A stretch of 64,000 nt of DNA from Raillietiella orientalis (Eukaryota), in the NCBI GenBank assembly GCA_036172245.1, contig JAYWIR010000011.1:930001-994000 (forward strand), written 5' to 3'. The translations under genes were made by a program, and so were the position numbers. Positions 39,237 through 50,930 of this stretch are shown here, piece by piece (position 1 is the stretch's first letter; every line of letters begins with the position of its first letter). A model generated the notes under the pieces. The model had not been told where the DNA came from and did not search any database. It saw only the letters and a program-made list of their open reading frames with translations.

Positions 39237-39695
39237 GTTAATTTAGTGCTACAAAAAGGCAACTGCCTAGTCATCTTGGATGCTGCCTCTCCATTCGAAA
39301 ATGGCGAACCAGCATTCACCAAAACCAGATAGGAAAAGAGAAAAAAATAGCAAGAAACAACCCAGCGGCTAGCAAGAAGGGGATGCTTATCTAAAGTAGA
39401 AGCCATCATTGTAGACTCTCAATGGTTCCCGTGACCCATCAAATGAGGGAGTCCTACGACAACTTGAAATACCAAAACGGCATGCCTCGAGTACCCGCTG
39501 CAGTTGCGACATATACTGGACGCATCGACTGGGACATCTACCAGAAGACAAAGATATAATCAAGAGCGGAAAAGAGGAATAGATGACCCATTCCTGGAAG
39601 AATAATACGATCCTCACATGTATCCCAGCCCCTCAACGAAAGATGCTGGACAGCCCCCTTCCCCATTCCTGTGTTGTGACTACTTTAATAAAAAA
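39237..39695 (+). mobile_element. Second RLE 3' end with 3' UTR ending AATAAAAAA
   Basis: VNLVLQKGNCLVILDAASPFENGEPAF..R*EK..K, then GSRDPSNEGVLRQLEIP..DIYWTH. AATAAAAAA at 39687-39695. Confidence 0.8.
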
Positions 39696-40124
39696 TCTGT
39701 TTAGCTGACGCTGCACCTGTGGTGGAGGACAGAAAGGAAGCAGAGCGGAGTTCACCACCATGAGCGGATGACCAAGTTCTTCGTGGAGGAGGAGCAGTAA
39801 ACTCGTATTCACCCGTAAACTAAGTGATCACGAAGATATCAGCACGTGGTAACAGACCTTCCCAGTGTTCCTCGTGACTCCCTTCAAAAGTATTCTTTTC
39901 CTCAAACAGCCCCACCGAGACGAGAGGTCTCCCAGGAAATAGCCCTTTCATTCCGGAAATGGAGTCACTGCCCTCGCAACCCCATGGTGCGGACCGATGC
40001 CATACGCCGGTCCACGTCGGCGGCCTTTCATCACTTGCCGTACTCTCAACTGAATGCCATCTACTCGCACCTCGGCTGCGTCCATATTCCTCCTTGGCCG
40101 ATGAACCAGAGCAATATACAGCAG

Positions 40125-40400
40125 AAGGAATAATTCTAGCATCATCATCTTGGACTTCTTCCGTCCACTTGAAAAATGAAGACGCGTTCAGGGTGATCCC
40201 TGGAGGCAAGAAATGAAACTATGAAGGAGATATTATAAGACAACTGGAGTGTCGAGGAGCACACATGAAGATTCAGGCGTTTGTAGTTGGTTGCCTGGAT
40301 TCCTGGGATGTGAAGGATGATGCGCTCCTGACAGATTTCGGATGCCCTTCGACTGGCACGAGGAGAAGGTGAGGCACCTAGTGCTAGCCTGAAACATCCT
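40125..40400 (+). mobile_element. Third RLE domain relic
   Basis: IIILDFFRPLE / NEDAFRV..KK*NY..QAFVVGCLDSWDVKDDALL. Confidence 0.75.
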
Positions 40401-40659
40401 CCACAGTAGAGACGTTCACTGAGCAAGGCGTCTGAATTCAGGAGTTGAGAAATCCTGGACGCGCAGCTGCAGGATGCTCAAGGCGAAGAACAAGGCAATC
40501 GCCATGGAGTGGAGGCATTGAAAGACGATCCTTTCATTCTTCACCACAAGAGTACCTTCGATGGTGAGGAGGCTTTGCAAATTACGCCACATCTATAGGG
40601 AAGAGAGGGGAACAGTGGAGAATCACCCCCTCCTTCTTTCTCATCATTTGTTGCACCTA

Positions 40660-40870
40660 CAGTCCAGCTTACTTTGCATGCAGAGAGATGCGAATAAAAA
40701 CATTTGAGAGTCCCTTGGTCTCTTGCACTCGCCCTCGTGCACGTGACGCCTGAGCATTCCCAGATTTCTGGTAGCATGGGGGTTCCTCTCATTTCCCAGT
40801 GGCGAATTGTACGGACTCTCCGTCGCTCCTCAGGGTTAGACAGCCATCACCATCCCTTCGATGGAGAAGG
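40660..40870 (+). mobile_element. Possible RLE-element linker fragment
   Basis: HLRVPWSL...ISQWRIVRTLRR...H resembles the LxVxW...R..TLR linker. Confidence 0.3.
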
Positions 40871-42188
40871 AGGGCCGAAAACGACATCGCTGAGAAGAGC
40901 AAAAAGATCCAGGAGATTCGAGGCGCACTTCCAGAACATTGCAGCGAGAGAGCGGCGGAACCGAAAATAGGTGACCTTTCACTCAGAGCTCAGCTTCACT
41001 CACACCGGCTCCCCGTCTAGGATGACGGACTCCCCGCCGAGGAGGAAGTGAGAGCGTAGTCCCTGATCGGTGAGGTGGACGACCAGAAGCCCAAATGGCC
41101 TCCACCTCTAAACGTCTGGGAGGTCAGCGCTGCTGGAACGCCAAAAATGCAGTTTTCGCATTCCTGAGCACTCTCCAGCGCGTCGAGCAGAGCTCGCGCC
41201 GTAGGATAAACCCGGCCTTAGTTCACGAGCAGCCTAACACTCAACCGCATACCGAGAGAGCTGTTGTCGGGGTCTTCACGGACACTAGTGACTGCGGGAA
41301 TCGGAATCCTCCAGGAGGTCGCCAGGAGGATCATTCAGGAGGTCATCTGCTTTGGAGGACCAGCCAGCGGCTGGTCCTCCAAAGCAGCCGGAACTGGGAG
41401 ACGGACGGCAACCAAGAACGCAGAGTTCGCGCCCTATCTCCTTCCCTCCTCTTCCCACCTCCGGAGCACGGCAGGTTCCTGCGTGTGAGAGGAAGGTGCC
41501 GCAGCGGGGGAGCGCGCGGGAAGGGTTCCGGGAGAGGCGCTCCTGGAGCCGCTGCCGATGGTACAGATCTTTTTTTTGGACGGGGGGGGGAGGGGTTGGC
41601 CAAGTGTTGAAGAACTGTTCGTCTCCTCGAGAAATTGGGGGAAGACACTCTTTGACACTGTCCACGCCACCCGAAGGTGAGTGCTGACTCTTCAAGCTGG
41701 GGGAGACCCCAGGGGGATCACCTTGTGAATCCGGGAAGGGAAGAGAGGGAGGACCCCACAGAGAGGACCCCTCCTCGTTACTTTTCCGAGGGGAACCCGG
41801 AAGGGATCCTTTCCTGGAATTTATTCTCCGAAGGGGACCGCTTCTCGTTTCCTCCTCTGAAGGGCACTCCTCGAAGGGAACAGAGCACTTCTTGACGTTC
41901 TGGAGAGGCATCAACCGGCTCCATGGTACTCGAAGAGGGGTTCCCCCTGGAAGAGAAGGGACCGCTCCATTTCCGCAACTGGGAGGGAGGTGGGGAATCA
42001 CGAAGGCAACCGGCACCTTGGTTTCTGAAAGGACCCCGGAAGGTTGACTCCCGATCCTTTCGACCAGTCCACGGGGACATCTGGCTTTCACCCTTGACGC
42101 ATCGAGAGCTTACGGGCCAACCAGCATAATCCCGCGAGGAAAACTCGAAACCCCCCGACGCGCCCCCCGTTCTTGGCGTTGCTGCTTC

Positions 42189-42264
42189 GCCCCGGGCGGG
42201 ATTCGAACCCGCGACGCCCGTTGCCAGGTGCGGAGGCTGCAGCCGCACGGCTGCCAACGCGGGC
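42189..42264 (-). mobile_element. tRNA-derived SINE head / pseudo-tRNA
   Basis: Minus strand GCCCGCGTTGGC...CGTCGCGGGTTCGAATCCCGCCCGGGGC: perfect B-box/T-arm, rough acceptor stem, degenerate D and anticodon arms. Confidence 0.65.
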
Positions 42265-44274
42265 TGCCGACGTTCCAGATCTTGGTGGTAGGAGAAGGAA
42301 CGTCGGTGAGATCCTGGATCCGATGTGGAGGATTGTTCCATAAGTATAGTCCCTGATCTTGGTGCGGTGGATCCAAAGTCTCCATGGAGGCAACCCATCC
42401 CGCGGACTCGGATGCCGTCCGTAGAGCGAAGTCGCAGGGAAGCGATCCGTGCGAACCGCGCGTGCCCGGAGGCGGGGGCATCCCCCTGGACGCGTCTCAG
42501 GAGTACCGTGCGCGAAAGATCACTGGCGGGCGTCCCCCCACCATTCTGGGCCGCCGGCGGCATTCTCTCTCTCCCGCGAAGAGCGGTCGCTGTCGCTCCT
42601 CCGTCGTGGACCGCGCGGCTTCTACCCAATCCTTCCAAAGGTATTCCCCTCCCCTTCGTGAGCAAGAGAACTCGGACCTCCTCCTCCATCAAATCACTGA
42701 TAATAAGGAAAAAGGGGGAGCAGGGTGAAGGACGGAGGAGCAGAAAGAGGGAAATGAAGGGAGCGAAATGGGAGGAAAGTCGGGGCTTCTCGCCGCCCAC
42801 TTCCCTACCCGATTTTACTTTTTTTTTTCTTCTCTTTTTTTCTGTTTCCTTCCCTTCTTTTTTCGTGTCTTTCCCAAACGAATGATGCGCGAGGAGGGAG
42901 AATTCAATAACAGGGAATTCGTCCCGTGTCGCCGCACGATATTGCCGTGCGTCCCCCGTTCTCCTCCCGTCCGCTGCGCCTCGCTATTTTTCTTCCCGCT
43001 TCCCGGAAGCGGATGCGAGAACTCCATTATTAAGGTACATGAGGTCCCACTCGAGGTATAAATCACGACGCCTTTCTTTTCCTTCCTCTGCTCTTTCCCT
43101 GCTCCGAGGTCTCTGTGAGCCACTTCTTGGCGCCGCGAGCTCGCTGGAGCGCGCCCGCCCGCCCGCCCGCCCGTTCCGCTTGCCAGAGCCCCTTCCCCCC
43201 TTCTCCCCTGCGATCCGGCAGGAGAGAAACCGGGGGGAAGTTGCGGGGCGGAAGAGGCGGGAGAGCGTTCCTCCGACGATCCGGGCGGTCGTATGGGCAG
43301 GTAGTGCCGTCCGACGACGCGGCGGGCGGCGGGAGTGGCCCCGCGTTCCCGGTTCCCTCCCTGGGAGGATGAAGGAGCAAGCGTGGCAGCTGCCGCCGGC
43401 GCATGCATTCCTTTCCCATGTGAGCCTGCGCAGCCAACCCGTCTCCCTACGATGGGGAGAAAACGCCCTCAGAGAACGCGGCATCGTCGTCCGGATGCTG
43501 TGAGGGAATTTCTGCTGTCGTCTCCTGGAGAATTCTCGCGTCTCCCTCCACGAGACACTCCTGGCTCCCCTCTCCCCTCCCCCATCAGCCTCTGCTGCCC
43601 TCTCGATAGGAGGGCTTTGCCCTGGGATACCCGTTCGCGCCAGGGGCTCTCTCTTCCATCCAGGGACGAAAGGACGAGGCGCGTCCGCTGGTTTTTTTTT
43701 TTTGTGCTACCCGAGGTAGCAGCAACAGCCGCGTCGACTCCCACGCTGTTTCATTATGGGATGCCGCATCTCCCGCCTCCCGAGCTGTGCGGTCTGAAAA
43801 AACTTCCCTCCCTGCAAACATGGGCTGGAAACGACTTTCATTAGCAACGGTCGCCGTGTAAACAGAGGCCGAAAAGGCTCCACCTGCCGCGCAAAAACGG
43901 ACGGAATGGCATTTTCGCCTCCAAGTCACCACTGGAGGAAAGGATAATCTTCTTCCTTTGGGAACAGGCCCTTTGCCCCGGTGCGGTTCTCTTTGACTTT
44001 TAGCAGGCCCGACGCGCCAGCGAGCTCCGCCCTCGAACGCTCCTCCTGCAGCTCTTCCTCGAGAAAACCTTCGGAGACTCGACTCCTGGGTTTTCCCCTC
44101 GATCTGTGCCTTCGAAGGAACCAGCGGTGCTTCGAGAGAACGCGGAGAGGACTACTACCCGAAGGACTGCTCGTCCGCCGGAGCCCGTAAAAGTGCGATG
44201 GGGAAAATGCCCCGCTCTCCGGGTGGACCCAACATCCGGGAGCAAAAGTTGATCAAAGACCGGAAGAGGGGATG

Positions 44275-44780
44275 CCGAGAACCGGGTTAGCCGCCTCTTT
44301 CAGGTCTCCACCCACGAGAGCACACCAAAAGGATCTTGGAGGACCCACTTGATCTTTGGCTGCAGATGCGGTTCCCAAACAGGCACTCTGCCAATCGCGT
44401 GTCCTCGGCCAATCCAGATGTCTCTTCCGCACGCAAGACACCTGAAGAAAAGATGCTGGAAGGCGGCGCAGCAAGCGCGAATCCAGGGGATAAAGACCAA
44501 GTCGTAGGACTCTTCTGGACGACCGGCTATGGAGATGAAGGAAGGCAACGAGCCCACGAGGCACTTTTCCCAAGGAGAAACTCGGGTGTGTGCTGCGACG
44601 CGACAAGGATGTTCTGCCCTTGACCTGAGAGTAGGTGGGCGTTTCTGTGATGCTGAATTCCCGAAGCTGCACTGCGAAGCCACAGTGGAAACCCCATTGG
44701 GACTGTGCACCCTTGTGGGCAATGGAGGGAGCTTGCTGCCTGAGGAAGGTGAGGAAAAACGGACGCTTGCTCAATCCTTT
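44275..44780 (+). mobile_element. Decayed zinc-knuckle/RLE fragment
   Basis: GCRCGSQTGTLP....ARH matches the CRxCG..ETLP..RH order. Confidence 0.4.
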
Positions 44781-45489
44781 TAAGCAGCAGTCGCTACCTG
44801 CCGCACGGTCCGAGCACCATGGAGGTGAGATCCCGCTTCAGATGCCTGTGGCCCGCTCCATGCTTGCTTTTCGATTGCGTATTGTCCCGGTGAAATCCAG
44901 AGGGCTACCCCGCAGCTCTGTTTCCGGAATCCCAGCCACGGTCTCCACAGCACCGAGCGGGGAGGCGGAAGGAAAGCGGTGCCCCTGCGATAGAAGAGCA
45001 CAGTGGCGACGCCCCCTTCCCGAGTAAGCCCCTTGGTAGCCGCTATCCGTCGCGGCCCAAGGTCGATCGTTCCTCCTCTTCGAAGAGGCCGCCTCCTCAC
45101 GGTTCGGAGCTTGGGTCGCGAAGTTAGCTTGAATCCGCGGCGATTACAGCGCCACCGGCTGCTGGAGAAAGGGGGGTGGAGGGATGCCCCGGCAGGAATC
45201 CTGCGGGAGCGTGTCTCGAATACCTCTTGGGAGAGAGAAGCACCTCCTTGCCTATATCGCATCTTCTTCCTCGGCTGCTCCTCCGCTCAGCGTTCATGCT
45301 CCTCGCCCAGTGGGGCTGACAGAGAACAAAAAGAGAGAGAGAGAGAGTGGGAGAGAGGAAGGGAGAGAATATGAGATGCTCTGGAACAGAAGCTGCGGAA
45401 ACATCCAGAAAACCAAGGATTGTGTACACTTGTTGATGTACCGCCTAGATTATCTAGCAGAATCTCAAACGCTTGTTGTACTTAGCGGG

Positions 45490-45590
45490 TTACTTCTCCT
45501 AACTAATTCAGCCAATCAGCAATCCGTAACGGCGCTTCTGGAGATGCAACGAGATGCGGTTTTGATTCAAGAGCCTTTGATACAGCTGTG
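45490..45590 (+). mobile_element. APE-type endonuclease N-terminal relic
   Basis: LLTNSANQQSVTALLEMQRDAVLIQEP matches the N...DxxLIQEP motif. Confidence 0.45.
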
Positions 45591-45751
45591 ATCCAGAAGT
45601 ATGGTTTTGGGAACTTGGAACCGCAACCCGGAGAGTCCAGAGATCGAGCAGATGCTGATCTTTAATGGAAGGAACTGGACCTGGTAAAGGACGTCTTGCT
45701 CATCGACTGGAAGCTGCAAAAGAAGAGCTCATCAATGCTCCAAAGGCCTCC

Positions 45752-45797
45752 AAACCTAAGGGTGCCGCGTGGTTCACACTGTGGCACCCTTAGGTTT
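45752..45797. repeat. 15-bp perfect inverted repeat (46-nt hairpin)
   Basis: AAACCTAAGGGTGCC-16 nt-GGCACCCTTAGGTTT. Confidence 0.9.
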
Positions 45798-48700
45798 TCA
45801 ACATGACTGGTAACAGTTTCGGACAACACTTTGCACCCCAGAGGTCTTCATCTTCCCCCGAAAGGGAACTACGGCTCTCTGAGAATGGCACCTGACAACT
45901 TTTGGTGGAAGTTCTTGAAGTTCAGTCAGAAAAGCGTTAATATTCGTGCTTGATTGCCAAGAGTACCTAATTGATATCGAAGAAGGAAAGGGTTGTGTTT
46001 CTTTCTCCGCTTCCTCTAATCGTATGCTGTAGAGATGCAAGGATTCTGGGGAAAAGCTCCTTTTCTGTCTGCATGAGCAAACCCGATGCTCGGTGCCGCT
46101 TCTCTTTTTTCCCCGTAACGCCGGCATTTCCTTCCTCCCTGACCACTCGGGAATCTCCTCTCTCCAAAGATGAGAGATTCTTCAAATACCTATAGGTCGG
46201 CTGGCGCCGAAACAGATGCCTTTTGATTTTTCAGATGGATGATGAGTTCGTCGCTCTCATCTGATCCAAATTTGAGTTTAGTCCCATTTCGAATGCAGGG
46301 GGAAGAATTTATTTCCCGATATGACTCCACCGGAGGGAGCAGAAATTTCAATTTTCTCTTGGTCCATTTCCTCAGGAAGCTTAACGATCGTTGTTTCTTG
46401 CGGAGATTGCAATACACAAGTTCTATTCTAGGGAAAAATGTCTACTGCCGACGGATCCAGTAGCATCAACCATAGATGGAATCACATGCACATATATGCA
46501 CACACACAAAAAAAATCTTTAGAGGAATCGCAAGAACAATGGATAGCTGGCAGATTCCTCATATGAGGAGATCGGCTGCTGCCATTTTGGCTTCAGAGAA
46601 GGCTTCGTCGATTCTCTATTCCGTTGCTTCTCAGGACTCTTACGTCGTCATGAGCTCCCTACAGACAAGATCTCTCGTCCGGAAACCCGATCCTCGTGAG
46701 ATTTTCTCGGCCGTCCTCTATTGCCTCGACAACGCCAAATCCGGGGAGTTTCGGAGTCACCACGAGAGGCAGCAGTCGAGTCCGTGCTTGAGCCCACGCT
46801 GCCCTTCGGCGAAGAGCGGTGGGTCCCTATGACGTCTCGAAGAAGAAGCTGATCACGAAAGCAAGAGTGGCAATGATGATGTTCCAGTTCGGCACGAATC
46901 TTGCTTCATCTATCTGCATCTAGCATCACGAACTTCCTGTATTTCGAAAAAAAGGAAAAAGTACTTTTGCTGCGGATGCTGTCGATAAGAGCAATGATCA
47001 AAAGCATGGAGATTAAAGGTATAGAATCAGAAGTACGTCTGGAATCAGAGGGGTAAATCCGGCTAAGCATGAACAAAGTATTGGTCCAGGGAACAAAAAG
47101 AAAGCAAATCTGAGTTTCCTTGCGATGATCTTAGATCACGCTTCAAATCTCTTATCTCAGGTGACGAGTTCGGCCCCGATGCAAGCCCTGAGGAGCCCCC
47201 ATTTCCTCCTGAATGATCTCTTTATTTCGCCTGCTCACGCAGCTTCCAAATGAACTTTATCTTGTATATGCCTTTTGAGTGTGCTAAATTGTACCTTATG
47301 AAGAACTCTTTCCTCAGATTACGTCCAGAATGGCCATCTGTACCTTTCTCTCTCCCCCTCTTTTTTTTTTTTTTGTTTGGGATTAATGCGTTTTTTGCCA
47401 TCGTTACGGAGGAAGTAGGAAATGTTTCCCAAACAGAACTTGCAGCTGCGAATGCAAGGAAGGAGGGCTATACGGATCTGAGTGGAAGGGAGCGAGAAGA
47501 GGAAGTGGCAGGCACGTGGTAAATCTGCGCACACGGCGAGGCGGTCTGCGAACTCTATGCGCAAATGCCGATAATTCTCATATCACCGCGTACACCTATA
47601 CGCCTTTCGGTCCGACCCCGGCGACCTCCATGGGGCGGCCAAGACCGGGGAAACACGGTCGAAGCCTAGGGCACCTCGCGCCTACTTCCGCCGGAGGGAA
47701 GGTCTGTCCCCCCCTGAGGGTTGGGCGGCAGGTTTCGTGCAGCTCTCCGGGAGGAGCCTCCCTCCGGGACTCAGAAAAAAAGAACTTTCCGATTAGCGCC
47801 TCGGACACGCCGCGCTGTCGGCAGAACCCGAAAGATTGGCTTCTTTTGGCGTCCCTTGCTGAGAAGAGGTCGCACGGTCACGTGGGATGTGACGTGATCC
47901 TCCTCTGTCCTCCGGGTCGACCCGAGGTGTAGACAGAGTCCGGTCATTGAATCCTCTCGAGGAAAAAAGGAGAGAGGCCAAGCGAGAGAAAGACTGCTTT
48001 CTAAGAAGGGCAAGGCGCATCCAGGCGTACTCTCGATGGGCTGGCTTGAGGCGGTCTTAGACTTTAGACAGTTTCCTGAGGCACTGCCTTCCGCGCGCAC
48101 GAAATTTCCATCACTTCTTGAAGGGAGTTCGAGGAACCTCGGATGGGGAATCCGGAAAGGGCAGGAGCGTGGTAGAGTGTCTCAGGGAATCCGGACGCAG
48201 TCCCACTCTTCGAGCGCGTCTGCGAAGAACGAAAAGTGCCGGGACGCGAACGCCACGCCCCAAAAGGTCCTACACGGTGATTTTTGGTGGGCAAGGTGTT
48301 GGCTCATGCAGAGAGTTGCGAAACCTTGGAGGTGCCAACTGCCGCGTAGGGTGGCGGAGAGGCGATCCCGAGGATCCGCTGTTTCTCTGTTCTCCTCGAA
48401 GCGCCAGGACCAGAGGGCAAGGCGTCGGCGCGACACGAGACACGCGTTCACCGTCTTCCGCTACCGGATACCCCAAGAACCGCCTCTTTGGTGTCCTTTC
48501 AGGAGAAGGCGATGGAAACATTCTTCAGGTAAGAAAGATTTTTCTTGGAGCACGTTGGAGAAGGCAAATGGAACCGGGACCACCAAACGTGGGAAGGAGA
48601 AATGCGGACTCAAATCCGACTGAATCCTCCAGCATCCCTTTCTCTGGAGTTCCATAGTCGGGAGAGAACAAGCGGTTAAAAGATGCTATGAAACTCTGCT

Positions 48701-50379
48701 GCTTTATTGTTATTGTTGCTTCTTAAATCATCTTTCACTGGAATTCTCTTGCTCTCTGTTGTGAGATGAATGCCAGGAAACCGTAAAATGAAGATCTTTC
48801 AGCTTCAATCAGATGGAATCAAACTGTTTCTACGATTTGGCTTAATCTTCCGATGTCTGAGAGCAGCCATAAATACAAGACGTTCTCACGAAATGAGTCT
48901 TCCAGGATTGATTCTGAAGGATGCCTGGCTGAGGAATCTGCGGTTGAGACCAGCAATATAAGATCCCATCAGCAGCTCTGGAAGCTGCATTCGAAACGAA
49001 CGAAAATCCATGAATAGTAAATAAGACGTCTAGAAGGCAAAGAGTTCCTCTTGCCGAATTTATTCTTCGGCGCATTGTAGCTCGTCTTATTGGAATTCAA
49101 TTCGGATGGTCTTTATGCCTCCTCGCTTCGGGAAGCCGGTCACAGAGCCGAGGTGAAGTGACAACGTGTGGGTCGGCATGTGATCCGTCACGTGGATGTG
49201 TCTCGTTTCCTGAACGAGGAGGGGAATGCGAAATCCAGGAAGCTGCCACCTGCATGGCAAACCGCTGGAGGCTTAATGCGCTCTGTCTAAGCAAGGGTAG
49301 GGAAAGAGCCATTCTCCGGGTCCAATGGGCCGAAGCAGCAGCAGCAGCGACAAAAAGGGAAAAATCAAGTCTTGTTCTCATTCAGGGGGAGGACGGGGTC
49401 CGTTCTCGCGAGCGCGGAGCCAGACAGCAGCAGATCCGAAGAGGAGCGCTTCCACCGCGTCAGGCCGATACTTCAGGCCTCGGGGATTTTCGATCCGTCT
49501 CACTGAGGTAAGTGGGATGCTTCGAGCCTTCGAGCATTCCGACGAGCAAGGTTGGCTGACGCATCCTCTTCCAGAAATCCCAGCCGGAGGTTCGCCTTCC
49601 CCGAAGGAAGTGACGTGCTCTTCCAACACAATCATCCCCGAGAGCACCAAAGTGATTTATCGCATTGTTCCCCGCGCGCTCTCCCCTTCGCTTTTTCCAC
49701 GAGGAAAAAAAAAGATACCGTGAACTCCAGGAGAAAAAAAAAGAAAAGAAATGATTTGACGGTGCTGAAAAGTTGAGCTGCTGCACCTGCTTGCAAACCT
49801 CACGGCTTCCTTTCGGTATGGCGGGGATAAAAAAAAAATGGCACCAAGCTCGAGTGTACGTTGCTTTTTTGTTTCAGTGAGACCGCTCCTCCTTCGCTAT
49901 CTTCGATCCTTCCAGACTCCTTGGCCAGTTTCCTCAGAGTACGCTCAGCTTGTGAAAAATGACCATCTTGTTCGGATTGACAGCCTTACAAATTGGCGTC
50001 CCTCCTGCATCCGTCGAAGACATCTGGATCGCGCTCTCTGTGGGCACTTCCCGCATGTCTGCAGTTTCATCGGAAATGGATGACTCGAACGAAGATCGGG
50101 ACCTGCGTCCAGGGGCTGAGCACCGTTTCCAAACTTCCCTAGCGCTGCAGAGTGAGAAGAGCTCAGGCTGGATGCAGCAACAGGAAGATGCGTAAGAGAT
50201 GCAGTCATTTGAAAAATCTACTGGGAGTGAGCAAGGCCAGAGCTGGAAGGCTGAGGGATTCTCTGAGATTCAGCAGCGCTCGGTAGAAGGGTCACATGAC
50301 CCGGAGCCGAGCAAGATAACTGACCTCGCTGCGAGGGAGAGAAAGCAATCGCGGAGGAGCATCTCGACGCCTCTCAGGT

Positions 50380-50930
50380 TAGAAGGTGCTTCTGATTTCC
50401 TTCCTCCTCCTGGATTGCCCACGCTGGAGGACGTAGACGGACCGTTAGCGGGAGACTTTCCGCCCGTCCGAGCATCGCGATCAGAAACGGCGCCTGTGGG
50501 GGAGAGGTGGGGAAAATGGGAAGGCTGTTCGAGGCGTGTCCTCGGCAGGTGAAGCGAACAATCAGGTGACGGCCACGGAGAGGCACGATGAGCTGGCGAT
50601 CCAGATCAAGAAGGTTACCCTGAGCGTCTGGGAATTGGCGGCCGCCAACCAGACTGTTCCGTCGGCAGATTTTGAGCTGGAGCTGGATCCAGTGCTCCAT
50701 GGCGAAAGGAAGTCGTAACGGCCGTGGCGTCACGAGTGTCTCTCGGCAGCGTGGGACAAGGCTGAAAGAAGGAAGACAAGCACGGAGGATGGGTGGGTCC
50801 GTGTCGTCCTGACTTCGCCAGCCGTTGTAGGAGAGATTGTTGTGGGATCTTCAGGATCTCGGGATGCGAAAAACGATGAAGAGCTGAGGCGACTGAAGGG
50901 GAGCAGGTGCAATACGTCAGAAAGAAAATG
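50380..50930 (+). mobile_element. Decayed RLE domain
   Basis: ERHDELAIQI..WELAAANQTVPS..LDPVL aligns by eye with RHD..WKL..NKTVP..PDLVL of 38586-39086. Downstream reads IVVGSSGSRDAKNDEELRRL. Confidence 0.7.

Noticed and set aside
41285..43844. Long ORFs (268 and 340 aa and others)
   Set aside because: Low-complexity GC-rich sequence crossing a SINE head; no recognisable protein.
48036..48623. VLDF and GWRRGDP RT-like words
   Set aside because: Spacing is plausible but there is no xADD motif; too weak to call.
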